Shown: positions 25,734-39,358, counted from the first letter of the stretch. The stretch is DNA of 64,000 bases from Chiloscyllium plagiosum (GCF_004010195.1 NC_057719.1:5389029-5453028), one strand, 5' to 3'. The notes: generated from the sequence alone by a model not told the origin. A program made the numbers and translations.

Positions 25734-26739
25734 ATCACTAAGACTTTTCTGGTGGTGGAAGACATGACTTTGGGAGTTTTACAAAAGGTGAATATGGCAA
25801 AGCTGCTGGAATTGGCAGTCAAGCTGGCACTGGAGTTACAGTCGTCCGTAAGTAAAGCAGAGATAATGACAGCAATAGCTCAGCATTTAAATTTGCTGGA
25901 AACACCATCAGAATTTTTGGAGATGACTAAAATTCAATTAAAAACGAAGCAGCTTGGGTTAGAGGCAAAAGAAAAGGAAAGAGAAAAAGAAATAAAACTG
26001 CTTGAATTACGATTAGAAGTAGAAGAAAGAGATAAAGAATGAAAGGCCTTAGCAGAACAAAAAGACAGAGAGAGTGAAGAAAGAGAAAGAGAGAGACAGA
26101 GAAAGAAAGAAAGAAAGGAAAAAAGAGAGAGACTTTGAACTTCACAAATTGGCACTTAATCAGGAAAGTCAATTTAAAAGGATGGGGATGAAGGCTGAAG
26201 GTAAGCTTTGTGAGGAAGAGAGTGAGAATGAGCAAACCCATTGCAGCCAAAGGCCTGGTGGGGATCTATTTAAAGTTATCCAAGCAATGCACACATTTGG
26301 TGAGAAAGATGTAAAAGCCTTTTTCATCTCATTTGAGGTGGTGGTTAAACAAATGAAGTGGCCAGTGACTATGTGGATTTTGTTGAGCCAAACAAAACTT
26401 GTACGTAGAGCTAGTGAGATATTCGATTCACTATCAGAGGAGGTATCTGGGGCATATGAGAAGGTGAAGAAAGGCATTTTAAGTGCATATGAGCTTGTGC
26501 CAGAAGCCTACAGTCGAAGTTTCGGGAATTTAAGAAGGGACCCTGGTTTTAAAGGATCAAACAAAGTAACTTTGATAGGTGGATGAGGGCATTAAAAATA
26601 GTGCAAACCTATGACGGTCTTAGAGATACGATTATTTTGAAGGAGTTCAAAAATTCACTTTCTGAAGTAGTGAAAACTCATGTGGTAGAGCAGAGAGTTA
26701 AAATGACAAGGTGAGCAGCTAAAATGGCTGATGATTATG

Positions 26740-26872
26740 AGTTCATAGAGTTATAGAGATGTACAGCATGGAAACAGATTCTTCGGTCCAACCCGTCCAT
26801 ACCGACCAGATATCCCAACCCAATCTCGTCCCACCTGCCAGCACCCGGCCCATATCCCTCCAAACCCTTCCT
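26740..26872 (-). mobile_element. Very short CR1 3' end inserted in gag
   Basis: CATAGAGATGTACAGC...CCCTCCAAACCCTTCC, as in the other CR1 ends. Confidence 0.85.
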
Positions 26873-28068
26873 TTTATAAATCAGAGTTTGGCTTCCAACC
26901 TCAATTTTAATCTCTGAGGGACAAAAATTTGGGAAAACGGAAATCCTCACTTGGTAAGGGAAAAGTAGATCTCGGTGAAGATCATAAGGACACTTACCAT
27001 AGGGTGAAAAGGAAACCCTTGAAGGGGAAAGAGAAGTTAAAAAGCTCCAATGTTTTCACTGCAACAAAGTATGCCACATAAAATCACAATGTTGGTGGGT
27101 TAGAAAAAGCACTGGGAAAAGAGATGTTGGAAAACAGGACAAACCAGTGAATTTTGTTAGAATGGTAATGGAAAGCACAGTGGAGGCTAAAAAGCTGCAC
27201 CAGAATGCTAGACCTGGTTGGAAGTTGGTTAAGGTAGAAGTGCCAGATCTTCTTAAACAATATATTTGCGAAGGTCAAGTTTACTCGCATACGCCAGAAG
27301 CAGCAGGTAAAGAGGTTACAACATCAAGAGATACAGGATCCTCTCAATCTTTGATGTTGAAAGATGAGGCGATATGTACATGCTAGTGATGGGAATTCAT
27401 TGTGAGACAAGAAGCGCTCAATTATGTATAATGAGGTTAGAGTGTCCAGTGAAGAGTGGAGAAGTTGTGGTAGGAATATGGAACAAACTCTCAGGTCCAC
27501 AAATACAATTTGTCCTTGTTAATGATATAACTGGTTCACAGGTAGGAGTGCTACCTATTGTGGTCAAAAAGCCAGTGGAAAATCATGCAACCGCAGTATT
27601 ACAGGAAGCATATCCTGGGATTTTTCCAGACTGTATGGTAAGGAGGCCACAAAGTCACCAGTTGAAATGGAAGAGATCAAAGAGTACTAATAAGAAAGTT
27701 GAAGTGTAATTATCATCGACCCTGTCTGATCAAATGGTTGAGACAAACCAGGAACAGATAGATGACAAAGTAGACATTTTCAGCTCAGAGAAATTAACTG
27801 ACTCACAGCAAATAATGAAAAACTAAAGCAATTGTATCAAAAAGCATTCACAGAAGAATCCAGATGTATCCATTATTATCTTAAAAACGATGTCCTAATG
27901 TGGAAATGCAGACCATCACATGAGAAATGGGCAGTTCATCAAGTCAAATTGCCAGTGGGTTATAGAAAGCGGGTGTTGCGGATAGCACATGAACTGCTCG
28001 TAGGAGGTCATTTAGGGATAAGGAAAAACTCAAGCTAAAATACAAAAACAAGGATGTAGTTGAAGCTT

Positions 28069-28260
28069 CGAGGAGAAAGTGAGGACTGCGGATGCTGTAG
28101 ATCAGAGCCGATAATGTGTTGCTGGAAAAGCGCAGCAGGTCAGGCAGCATCCAAGGAGCAGGAGAATCGACGTTTCGGGCATGAAGGCCCGAAACGTCGA
28201 TGCTCCTGCTCCTTGGATGCTGCCTGACCTGCTGTGCTTTTCCAGCAACACATTATCGGC
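28069..28260. mobile_element. Penelope-derived hairpin insertion in the Gypsy integrase, 13-bp TSD
   Basis: TSD GTAGTTGAAGCTT / GTAGTTAAAGCTT at 28056-28068 and 28261-28273. Inverted arms 28107-28180 and 28187-28260. Confidence 0.85.
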
Positions 28261-29599
28261 GTAGTTAAAGCTTGCCAGACATGTCATACATGTCAGGTAA
28301 TTGGAAAACCACAGGCAGTATTAAAACACACACCTTTAATACATATTCTTGCATTTGTGAAATCTTTTACAAGAGTCTTAAACGATTGCGTAGGAAACCT
28401 CCCTAAAACAAAAAGTGGGAATCAGTATTTGTTAACAATAATGGATGTGTCCACTAGATTTCCAGAGGCCATTCCATTAAACAATGTTACAGCTAAAAGG
28501 ATTGTAGTAGAGTTACTCAAATTTTTCACTAGATATGAACTACCCACAGAGACACAATCAGATCAAGGATCAAATTTTACATCAAAATTATCGAAGGAAG
28601 TTGTGGACAGCTTAGAAATAAAACAATTCAAATCTACTGCATATCATCCAGAATTGCAGCGAGCGCTAGAAAGGTGGCAGCAGACATTAAAGACCATGTT
28701 GAGGGCTCATAGTCAAGACTATCTAGATGGCTGGGATAAAGGAATTCCGTATGTATTTTTTGCAGTCAGAGATGCACTAAATGAATGGTCCAAAATCAGT
28801 CAATTTGAATTCATTTTTTGGCATGAAGTGAGAGGACATCTAAAATTGCTTAAGGAGAAATAGGTAAGTCAAAATGCAGACACAAAATATTTGGACTATG
28901 TGTCAGCTTTTATGGAACAGTTAAACAGAGCAGGGGAGTTGGCTGGACAGAATTTAAAAGTATCAAAGCATACAATGAATCGGGAAGCAGACAAGAAATC
29001 AAAACTTGGCGATTTTGCTATCGGAGATAAGGTGTTAGGGTCACTTCCTGTGATAGGTGAACCTTTAAAAGCAAGGTTTAGTGGACCTTAAAAAGTCAAA
29101 AGAAAATTGAGTGAGTGAGCTATTTGATAAGGACTCCAGACAGAAAGAAATCTCACAGGTGTGTCATGTGAATATGCTCAAAAGATATTTCGAGAAGGAA
29201 GGAAAAAAAAAAGGAGACTGTGTTATTGGTTACAGCACAGAGTGAAAAACCAAGTTCAGAGGATTCTAAATTGGACATTCCCCAAATTAAATTGGACAGT
29301 GAGTAAGTTGTCAAAAATTGGGATAAATTATTGAGTTACCTTCCAGAGGAAAATCGAAATGACCTGAAAGAATTTTTGCAATCATGTGGGGAGATATGTG
29401 GAAATAAGCTGGGAACTACTAACCTAATTATGCATGATGTAGAGATACGATATGTTTTGCCAATAAAGCAACATCCTTTTAGGCTTAAACCTCTAAAGGT
29501 GACACAATTTCAAAAGGAGATTGAACACATGCTCCAAGATGACATAACCCAAGTGATGTGCACTGACTGGACCTCACCCATAGTAAGGGTGCCAAAACC

Positions 29600-30640
29600 A
29601 TACATAACAACCAGGAGCAGGAGTAGCCCATCTGGCCGATCAAGCCTGCTCAGCCATTCAATAAGATCAAAGCTGATCTTTTTGTGGCCTCAGCTGCACT
29701 TACCCGCCCTCTCACTGTAACCCTTAATTCCTTTATTGTTTAAAAAAATCTACCTTAGCTTTAAAAATGTTCACTGAAGTAGAGTCAACAATTCGCTGGG
29801 CAGGAAATTCCATAGATTCACAACCATGTAGGTGAAGACATTCCTTCTCAATTCAGTTCAAAATCTGCTCCTCCTAATCTTGAAGCTCTGCCCTCTTGTT
29901 CTGGTTTCACCTGCCAGCGGAAACATCCTCTCTACTTCTATCTTATCTATTCCGTTCATAGTTTGATATGGAACTGTAAGATCCCCCATCATTCTTCTAA
30001 ATTCCAAAAAACATAATCCCAGTCTACTCAGTCTCTCCTCATAAGCCAATGCCCTCAACTCCGGAATCAATTTAGTGAACTTCCCCTGCACCCACTCTAG
30101 TTTCAGTACATCCCCGTCAAGTAACGAAACCAAACCTACATGCAGTACTCCAAGTGTGGCCTCACCAGCACCCTGTATAGCTGCAAATAACCTCCCTGCT
30201 TTTAAACTCAATCCCTTTAGCAATGAAGGACAAAATTCCATTTGCCTTCCTAATTACTTGTTGTATCTGCAGACCAACTGTCTATGATTCATACACAAGG
30301 ACACCCAGGTCCTTCTGCATAGCAGCATGCTGCAACTTTTACCATTCTAGTAATAATAGTTTTTACTGTTACTGCTGCCAAAATGGATGACTTCACATTT
30401 AATAACATTGTATCCCATCTGCCAGATCTTTGCCCACTCACTTAAAGTGTCTATGTTCTTCTGCAAAGTTTTAGTGTCATTTGCAAACTTTGACACACTA
30501 CACATGGTTTCCAACTCCAAATCATCTATGTAAATTGGGAATAATTGCGGTCCCAGCACTAATCCCTGAGGCACACTACTACCGACTGCCAACCAGAATA
30601 GCATTCATTTACCACAGTCTTTGCTTCCTGTTAGTCAAAC
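29600..30640 (-). mobile_element. CR1 3' fragment inserted in the Gypsy RT
   Basis: SVPQGLVLGPQLF.IYIDDL and ERLSRLGL motifs. The Gypsy RT (VPKP / D.TQQLCVDY) resumes on either side. Confidence 0.9.
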
Positions 30641-31789
30641 TGCTCCCCCCCACCCCCGAGATGATACTCAACAGTTGTGTGTGGACTATCACAAAGTCAA
30701 TGCAGTTATAAAGTCTGATTCATATCCAATTCCATGAACAGACTGTACTGAACTGGTGGAACAAGCAACTCATGTTTCTAAGTTGGACTTGCTCAGAGGA
30801 TACTGCATGTAACCTCGTCCAAAAGAATGAAGATAATTTCAGCTTTTGTAACATTGAATGGACTGGATCAATTCAAAGTCATGCCATTTGGTATGAAAAA
30901 TGCATCAGTCACATTTCAAAGACTAACCAATAAGGTCATTTCCAGATTACCCAATTGTGTAGTTTAAATTGATGACCTGGTTATTTTTTTGTCACAAATG
31001 GAAGGAACATTTGCAACATTTATCAGAATTTTTCAGTCGACTTTGGGAGGCAGGCTTGGTGATAAACCTGGCTAAGAGTGAATTTGCCAAAGCACAAGTC
31101 ATCTTCCTGGGCAACATTATTGGACATGGACACATGGCCGCATGAAATGCAAAAACAAAGGTTTCCCATCGACTAAATGAACAGTACTATGATTCCTTGG
31201 ATTGAGTGGATTTTATCAGAAATTCATACCAAATTTTAGCAGTGTGGCTGCTCCACTCACTGAATTACTAAAGAAAGGCAAGAAGTTTCAGTAGACAGCG
31301 AACTATCAGAAGGCAATTGACAGCCAGAAAGCTGTGTTAACCACTGTCCCAGTATAAGCCACACCTGTGTTAACCACTGTCCCAGTATTAGCCACACCTG
31401 AATATGCAAAGCCATTCAATGTGGTTATCGATGCGAGTGATGTGGGTGTTGGTGCTGTGCTCTTACAGGAAGATGATGAGAAGATAGAAAAACCTATTGG
31501 ATATTTCTTCAGGAAACTGAACATTCATCAGCAGAAATATTCGACAGTTGAGAAGGAGACTTTGAGCTTGGTGTTGCCGTTACAATATTTCAATGTTTAT
31601 GTTACCAGTAATGTATCTGAGACAATCATATACACAGATCATAACCCATTGAAGTTTGTGGAGAAATTTAAGGACAAGAATTCCAGACTGTTTAGGTGGA
31701 GCTTGTTGTTACAGCCATTCAATTTGAAAATTGTGCATGTGGCAGGACAAGGAAACGTGATTGCCCGTGCATTGTTGAGACTTGGATGA

Positions 31790-34530
31790 GAACATAAATA
31801 AGAACTAGTAGCAGGAGTAGGCCATCAGGCCCTTCAAGCCTGCTCAGCCGTTCAATAAGATCATGGCTGATCTTTCCATGGACTCAGTTCCTCTTACCCA
31901 CTCTCTCACTATATCCCTTAATTCCTTTATTGTTCAAAAAAATCTATCTTAGCTTTAAAAACATTTATTAAAGTTGCATCAACAATTCACTGGGCAGGGA
32001 ATTCCATAGATTTACAATCCTCTGGAGAAGAAGTTCCTTCTCAATTCAGTCCTAAATGTGTTCCCCCTAATCTTAAGGCTATGTCCTCTTGTCCGAGTTT
32101 CACCTGCCAATGGAAACATCGTCTCTACTTCTATATCATCTAATCCCTTTATAATTTTATGTTTCTAAAGAACCCCCTCTCATTCCTCTAAATTCCAATG
32201 AATATAATCCCAGTATACTCAGTCTCTCCTTATAAGCCAAACCCCTCAACTCTGGAGTCAACCTAGCGAACCTCCTCTGCACCCTCTCTAGTGCCATTAT
32301 ATCCTTTTTCAAGTAAGGAGACCAAAACTGCATGCAGTATTCCGTGTGTGGCCTCACCAGCACCCTGTACAGCTGCAACATAACCTCTCTGCTTTTAAAT
32401 TCAATCCATTTAGCAATGAAGGACAAAATTCCATTTGACTTCCTAATTACTTGTATCTGCAGACCAACCCTCTATGATTCATACACAAGGACACCCAGGT
32501 TCCTCAGCATAGCATGCTGCAACTTTTTAACCATTCAAGTATTAATCCTTTTTACTGTTACTCATACCAAAATGGATGACTTCACATTTATTAACATCAT
32601 ATTCCATTTGCCAGACCTTTGCCCACTCAATTAAAGTATCTATGTTCCTCTGCAAAGTTTCACAGTCCTCTGTACACTTTGCTCTGCCACTCAACTTAGT
32701 GTCATTTGCAAACTTTGACACACTACTGTGGACCCCACCTACAAATCATATATGTAAATTCTAGATAATTGCAGTCCCAACACTGATCCCTGAGGAACAC
32801 TACTAGTCACCAATTGCCAACCAGAACAGCACTCATTTATCCTTATTCTTTGCTTCCTGTTAGTCGACCAATCCTCTATCCATGTTAATACTTTACCTGT
32901 AACACCATGCATCTTTATCTTATGCAGCAGCCTCTTGTGTGCACCTTGTCAAAAGCTTTTTTGGAAATCTAGGTACACCACATCTACGGGGTCCCCGTTG
33001 TCCACCTTGCTTGTAATGCCTTCAAAGAATTCCAAAAAATTAGTTAAGTATGACCTGCCCTTCATGAACCCATGCTGCGTCTGCCCAATGGGACAATTTG
33101 TATCTAGATGTCTTGCTGTTTCTTCCTTGATAATTCTTTTTGGATTTCTGTTGACCTTTAAAGTTTTTCCAATCTTCGAGTTTCCCACTGATCATCGCCA
33201 CTTTGTAAGCCTTCTCTTCCAATTTGATAGCCTTAGACACCCATGGCAAATTACCTATTTTCTTACAGTTCTTCCTTTTCACTGGAATGTATTTTTGCTA
33301 TCCCACTACAGAAATTAGGCTAACCAGCCTATAATTCCCTATCTTTTGTCTACCTCCCCTTTTAATCAGTGATGTCACATTTGCTGTCTAAATATGCTGG
33401 AACTGCCCCAGAATCCAGCGAATTTTGGAAAATTACCTCAAGAGTACTTGCTATTTCTCCTGCAATCTCTTTTAGTACCATGGGATGCGTTCAATGAGGG
33501 CCAAGAGACTTGTCTATCTTTAGCACCATTAGCATGCCCAATACTACCTCTTCCGTACTAATGATTGTTTCCTGGTCCTCACCTACCTTTGTCTCTTTGT
33601 CAATAACTGGCATGTTAATAGTGTCCTCCACTGGGAAGACTGACACAAAATACCTCTTCAAAGCCTCACCCATTTCATCATACCCCAGAACTAAATGCCC
33701 CTTCTCATCCTCTAAAAATCCGATGCTTACTTTAGCCACTCTTTTTCATGTTATATATTTATAGAAACTGTTGCTATCTGTCTTTATATTCTGTGCTAGT
33801 TTTCTCTCGTAGTTGATCTTACTTTTCTTTATAACTCTTTTTTTTGGATTTCTGTTGACCTTTAAAGTTTTTCCAATCTTCTAGTTTCCCACTGATCATC
33901 GCCACTTTGTAAGCCTTCTCTTCCAATTTGATAGCCTTCCTTATTTCCTTAGACACCCATGGCAAGTTACCCGTTTTCTTACAGTTCTTCCTTTTCAGTG
34001 GAACGTATTTTTGCTGAGCACTTTGAAAAACTGCTTTGAAAGTCCTCCACTGCTTGTCAACTGTCCCACCATAAAATCTTTGTTTTCAGTCTACCTTAGC
34101 AAAGTCCTCCGTCCTCCTATTGTAGTCTCACTTGTTTAAGCACAAGACCCTCGAATTGGATTTTATCTTCACACTCTCCTTCTATATTCTGAATTCAACT
34201 ATACTGTGATGGCTCCTTCCAAGAGGATCCCTAACTGAGGTAATTAATTAGTCCTGTCTCATTAGACATGACCAGATCTAGGATAGCGTGCTGCCTCATG
34301 GGTTCCATTACATACTGTCCAAGAAAACTTTCGAAGATACACTCAATGAACTCCTCCTCACGGCTACCCTGACCGAGCTGGTTCAACCAATCAACATGTA
34401 GATTAAAATGTCCCATGTTAATTTCCACACCATTTTTACAGGCATTAGTTATTTCTTTGTTTATTGCTCACTCCAATGTGATGTTATTATTTGATGGCCT
34501 ATAGACTACGTCTGTCAGTGACTTTTTCTT
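31790..34530 (-). mobile_element. CR1 LINE, long fragment (endonuclease, RT, 3' end) with an internal duplication
   Basis: MGHFNLHVDW, ILDLV, QHGFMKGRS.LTN and LVRPH.EYC motifs. Confidence 0.92.
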
Positions 34531-34532
34531 GG

Positions 34533-35222
34533 AGTCATAGAGATGTACAGCATGGAAGCAGACCCTTCAGTCTAACCCGTCCATGCTGGCCAGATATCCC
34601 AACCCAATCTAGTTCCACCTGCCAGCACCCGGCCCATATCCCTCCAAACCCTTCCTATTCATATACTCATCCAAATGCCTCTTAAATGTTGCAATTGTAC
34701 CAGCCTCCACCACTTCCTCTGGCAGCTCATTCCATACACATACCACCCTCTGTGTGAAAATGTTGCACCGTAGGTCTCTTTTATATCTTTTCCCTCTCAC
34801 CCTAAACCTATGCTTTCTAGTTCTGGACTCCCCCATCCCAGGGAAAAGACTTTGCCTATGTACTCTATCCATGCCCCTCAATTTTGTAAACCTCTACAAG
34901 GTCACCCCTCAGCCTCCGACACTCCAAGGAAAACAGCCCCAGCCTGTTCAGCCTCTCCTTATAGTTCAAATCCTCCAACCCTGGCAACATCCTTGTAAAT
35001 CTTTTCTGAACCCTTTCAAGTTTCACAACATCTTTCCGATAGGAAGGAGACCAGAATTGCATGCAATATTCCAACAGTGGCCTAACCAATGTCCTGTACA
35101 GCTGTAACATGATCTCCCAACTCCTGTACTCAACACTCTTTCCAATAAAGGAAAGCACACCAAACGCCTTCTTCACTATCCTATCTACTTGCGATTCTAC
35201 TTTCAAGGAGCTATGAACCTGC
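34533..35222 (-). mobile_element. CR1 3' fragment
   Basis: LVRPLLEYCMQFWSPSYRKD motif. Confidence 0.92.
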
Positions 35223-35223
35223 T

Positions 35224-35507
35224 AATCCGAGAATGCAACTTTTTAAAAAAAAAGGTTTTGTGATTTGCACATGAAAGGAGTGAAACTATCACTGTATTCT
35301 AACAGATGAAAGGCTTCACAGATAATCAATTTTTTCAATGTATAATTTCAGTTACATCACACTGTAAATTTTTGCTATAAATCCTATATTTGTGTTAGGA
35401 TTGAGCCCTCCACTACCACCTGATGAAGGAGCATTGTTCTGAAAGCTAGTGTGCTTCCAATTGAACCTGTTGGACTATAACTTGGTGTTGTGTGATTTTT
35501 AACTTTG
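35224..35507 (+). mobile_element. Penelope-like terminal fragment (second family)
   Basis: Ends AAACCTGTTGGACTATAAC.TGGTGTTGTGTGATTTTTAAC, as at 45180-45220, and carries a hammerhead motif. Confidence 0.75.
35417..35451 (+). ncRNA. Minimal type-I hammerhead ribozyme motif
   Basis: CAC-CTGATGA-AGGAGC ATT GTTCT-GAAA-GCTA-GTG: core boxes, stem II, palindromic AGCT stem III and CAC/GTG stem I. Confidence 0.7.
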
Positions 35508-35509
35508 TT

Positions 35510-36100
35510 GAGCAGCGTATCCACTTCCTTCTGGACCGGTGTGGCTTTGAGAGGATTAGGTCTGTAGGATTTGCTTTATCGGAAAAGCATTCTCTACTTA
35601 CGCTGCATGCACAATAGTATTAGTACTCCCCATCTTATTTCTGCATAGGTCCTTATACAGCTGCTAGAAACCTTTCAACTGGGCATTTTGTTCCTGAGAC
35701 AGATAGTTCACTAACGTATGCCACTCCTCAAGGATTTCCTTATTATTTAATGTATTTTGAGGCACACCAAACTCCACATCATCTGGATTTGATTCCTCAC
35801 TCTGCAGGGCAGTATTTAACACCTGTTCACTGTCTCGATTATAGGAAGGTTTCAATATATTCACATGACATACCCGAGACAGTGTTTTTTCTGACAACTT
35901 TACCAGATAGTTTACCTGACTTAATTCTTTCCCAATTTGGTAGAGACCACTAAATCTGGCCTTGAAAGAATTGCCTACCACTGGTAACAATACTAATACG
36001 TCATCCCCATGGGAAAAGGTCCAAATTTTAGAGTTTTTAATCTGCTACCTACTTCATTCTATGCTGTGCCCTCTTCAAGTGCTGTTAGTTAACTAACCTA
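35510..36100 (-). mobile_element. Second Gmr1-like fragment (integrase C-terminus to RT start), opposite strand
   Basis: FKARFSGLYQI..LSQVNYLVK..RVCHVNILK, homologous to 29040-29340. Confidence 0.8.
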
Positions 36101-36429
36101 CCTGATTCCTAATTTCTTGAGTCTCTCTCGATGACAGTTGCTCTCTGCAATTTTCAAAATCTCTAAATTTTTATATCCCCAACATGGGATCATCTCATTG
36201 GTTCAATGTTGACAAAAAAAAAGATTCAAACTCGATTGGGTTTCAGTAACCTGGGGCATAATTTAACTGATTGGTTAAATCTGAATTGTTGCCAAAACAG
36301 CAACCAAAATTCAGTTATCCACTTTATAGACAAATGTTACATATTTTCAATTTTCCAGTGCATTCTGGGACTGCCATCTAGTCATCTCACAGGTGCTTGT
36401 AAGCTCTCAGTTCAGAACAGCATTCACTC

Positions 36430-36960
36430 TCTCTTAAAGGTACAGTATGTGCCTTCAACTTCAGAACAAATTTGATTTTGCAAAGATTACATATCATCAA
36501 GGAAAAAGATTCTTACCCTGCTCCTTTATGAAAACAGTGCATCAGAAGTGCCTTATTTCTTCCTAATTTGATCTATTGAGGTGGTACTGACTGGTAACAT
36601 CAACGGCTAAGAAGGTATTTGCCTTTGTTACAACAAATGGATTATATATCAGGTCATGCTATTTGGGTTGAAAGATTCCAATCTACTTTCCAAAGATTTA
36701 TGAATCATATCATAGTTAACTGTGTAGCTCATTTAGATATTGTGGTTAGTTAGCCTGGTAATAAATCTAGCTAAAAGTGAATTTGTAAAACCAAGAAGTT
36801 ACCAAGGACATTTTAAAGGGCGAAGGGCTAAGGGGGAGAATGAAGTGTAGGTGAAGCTATAAGTCCCGATTTCTAAAATTAAACAAGACATCATGAGGTT
36901 TTTATGTGTGAATTTTATAGCAGAAGTTATTGAAAAATTACAGAAATTTGTGGCTAATTC
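36430..36960 (+). mobile_element. Highly decayed Gypsy RT fragment
   Basis: FDLLRWY, AFVTTNGLY, VMLFGLK and LVINLAKSEFVK, matching RT motifs at 30780-31100. Confidence 0.6.
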
Positions 36961-37214
36961 TTCATAGCAGTAACTCCAATAAATTTGTTATGGAAACCGA
37001 CAAAAGTGGCATGTGAAAAATGATGATGGTAGTTTTAGAGATAATGTTGGATCACATTGTAAGTTGTATATGCTCTTGTGTATTGCTGGAACAGTGGGAA
37101 CAGAAACAGACACAGATAAGTTAGTAATTCATACTTCTTAATTGTCATTGGTTAAAGCAATTTGTTCATTTTTTTAAACATTATTTTTATTTCAAAAATA
37201 TTCTTTAGTCATGA

Positions 37215-37785
37215 ATTTTGAGAAGATTTGTAGCTCAGGTTGAGGTTCTGGATGTAGGTTTGCTCGCTGAGCCAGAAGGTTTATTTCCAGAAGTTTCATC
37301 ACCCTACTAGGTAATGTCTTCAATGGGCCTCCGGGCAAAGCACTGTTGATAATTCCTGTTTTCTATTTGCATGTTTGGGTTTCTTTGGGTTGGTGATGTC
37401 ATTTCCTGTTCTTTTTCTCAGGGGGTGGTAGATGGGGTCTAACTCGATGTGTTTGTTGATAGAGTTCAGGTTGGAATGCCATGCTTCTGGGAATTTTCAT
37501 GTGTGTCTCTGTTTGACTTGCCCTAGGATGGATGTGTTGTCCCAGTCGAAGTGGTGTCCTTCCTTATCTGTCTGCAAGGATACTAGTGAGAGAGGGTCAC
37601 GTCGTTTTGTGGCCAGTTGATGTTCATGTAACCAGGTGGCTAGTTTTCTGCCTGTTTGTCCAATGTAGTGTTAAAGTTCTTGCACAGTATTTTGTAAATG
37701 ACATTAGTTTTGCTTGTTTTCTGTACAGGGTCTTTCAAACTCATTTGCTGCTGTTTTAGTGTGTTGGTGGGTTTGTGGGCTACCA
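37215..37785 (-). mobile_element. Penelope-like element 3' fragment (third family, GIY-YIG)
   Basis: AHKPTNTLKQ..KDPV..TSKTNVIYKI.C motif. Degenerate hammerhead TTGAAGA-CATTACC..GGTGAT-GAAAC on the minus strand at about 37293-37325. Confidence 0.85.
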
Positions 37786-39358
37786 TGAAAATTTTTATAT
37801 GCATACATACACAGTCACTAGAGCAGTTCAATTCTGCATATGGAGAAACAAACATTGGAGTTTGAATTTCCTGACAGGTCCAACAAACAAACCCATGGCA
37901 TTTCTTACACAGGCTCAGATTTTATTTTTAATTTCAAAGATATACTTTGTTCATAAAAATATTTTTATATGGACACACATAGTCCCTAAAGCAGTTTGAG
38001 CATTTCTTACTGATGCTCAGATTTGTTTTATTTTTAAAAAATCTTTATATAGCAGTCTTTATAAAGCAGTTTGATTCTGCACAGTAGAAAATGAAGAAAC
38101 AAATAAACATTGTTTGTTGGATAGAGTCAAACTACAAACAAAGGAATTTCCTACTTCTAAAAGATTATATTTGCCTAATTCTGAAGCATTGGTTGGGGAG
38201 GAGGGGGGGGGGGGGTGAGGGGATCCAATAACTGACAGACCCCCATTTAACTTTGGCTGAAAGACCTAGACAGTGGTCTTTCCCCAATGCGCCTTGACAG
38301 CAGCTACCCCAAACTTTAGTCAGGCCCTCAGCACATAATTTTGTACCTTGGAATGTGCCAGTCTGTAATACTCGGTCAAGCTCAACTCCTCATTCTGGAA
38401 GACCAACAAATTTCATGCAGACCAAACAGCATCTTTCACCGAGTTGATAGTCCTCCAGCAGCAGTCCACGCTTGTCTTGGTGTGCATCCTGGGAAACAGT
38501 CCATACAGCCCAGAACCATGTGTCAAGGAGCTAATTGGGATGAATTTTGATAGAATCAAATGCATCTTTCTCCAGACTTCCTGTACAAAGGCACATTCCA
38601 GAAGGGAGTAGGTGACAATCTCTACCACCCCAAACAACTGATTCAAGGTCAGCATGATGCAAAGTCCAGGCGTGAAGGATCTCAAAGTTAGTGCCCTTCT
38701 CACAGCCAGCCAAGCGGTCTTGGTGCTTGTTGGAAAGTTCTGGTGATGAGGCATTCTGCCAAATGACTTTAACAATCTGCATAGGCAACAATCTGATAGG
38801 ATCCACCTTTTCTGGCAGGGTCTTGAGGATGCTATGTGCTGACCACTTACTGACAAACTTGTGGTCAAAGGTGTTTTTCTTTGCAAATTTCTCCACCGAA
38901 GGACAGGTGATATGGCATGGTCGAACTACTTGAAGCGTGGGCAGCAATGACGTCAGACTCACCCTTCGCAACACCAGGGAAACGTAGAACCTCAGAACAT
39001 AGTGGCACTTGGTGTGTTTACGTACTAAGGGTCTACACAGAGCTTGATGCAGCCTCACACATCGGGATGAGGATAGCATTGGTTACATTCTTTCCCCCTT
39101 TATCCAGAGTTTTGTACATGGTGTTCCCACGGGCACAGTCCATCATCAACTCTCTAGGTGAAGTGCAAGGTGGCTGGGTTGATTGCAATGGCGCAGGTTC
39201 AGAAAATGGATGAGAACTGCACCACATAAAAAGAGTGTGTCACACTTGACTAGATTTTCACCCACAATACTCCCAAAAGCCCACTTTTTGCCTCACTTTA
39301 GTGATGCGTGCCTCCAAAATTTTGAGCACACCCCATCCTTTCCAAATCATATTCCTAG

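Larger units (their letters stand above)
25740..31789 (+). mobile_element. Gmr1-like Gypsy internal region: gag, protease, integrase, RT, RNase H; decayed with nested insertions
   Basis: gag FISFE..KWP..ILSAYELVPEAY; zinc knuckle CFHCNKVCHIKSQC (~27050); protease RDTGSSQSL (~27330); integrase AHE..GGHLG, CHTCQ, MDVSTRFPEA, SDQGSNF (27980-28860); RT PIKQHPFR, LCVDY, VMPFGMKNA, IDD (29450-31200); RNase H DASDVGVGAVLLQ, EKETL, YTDHNPL. Confidence 0.93.
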
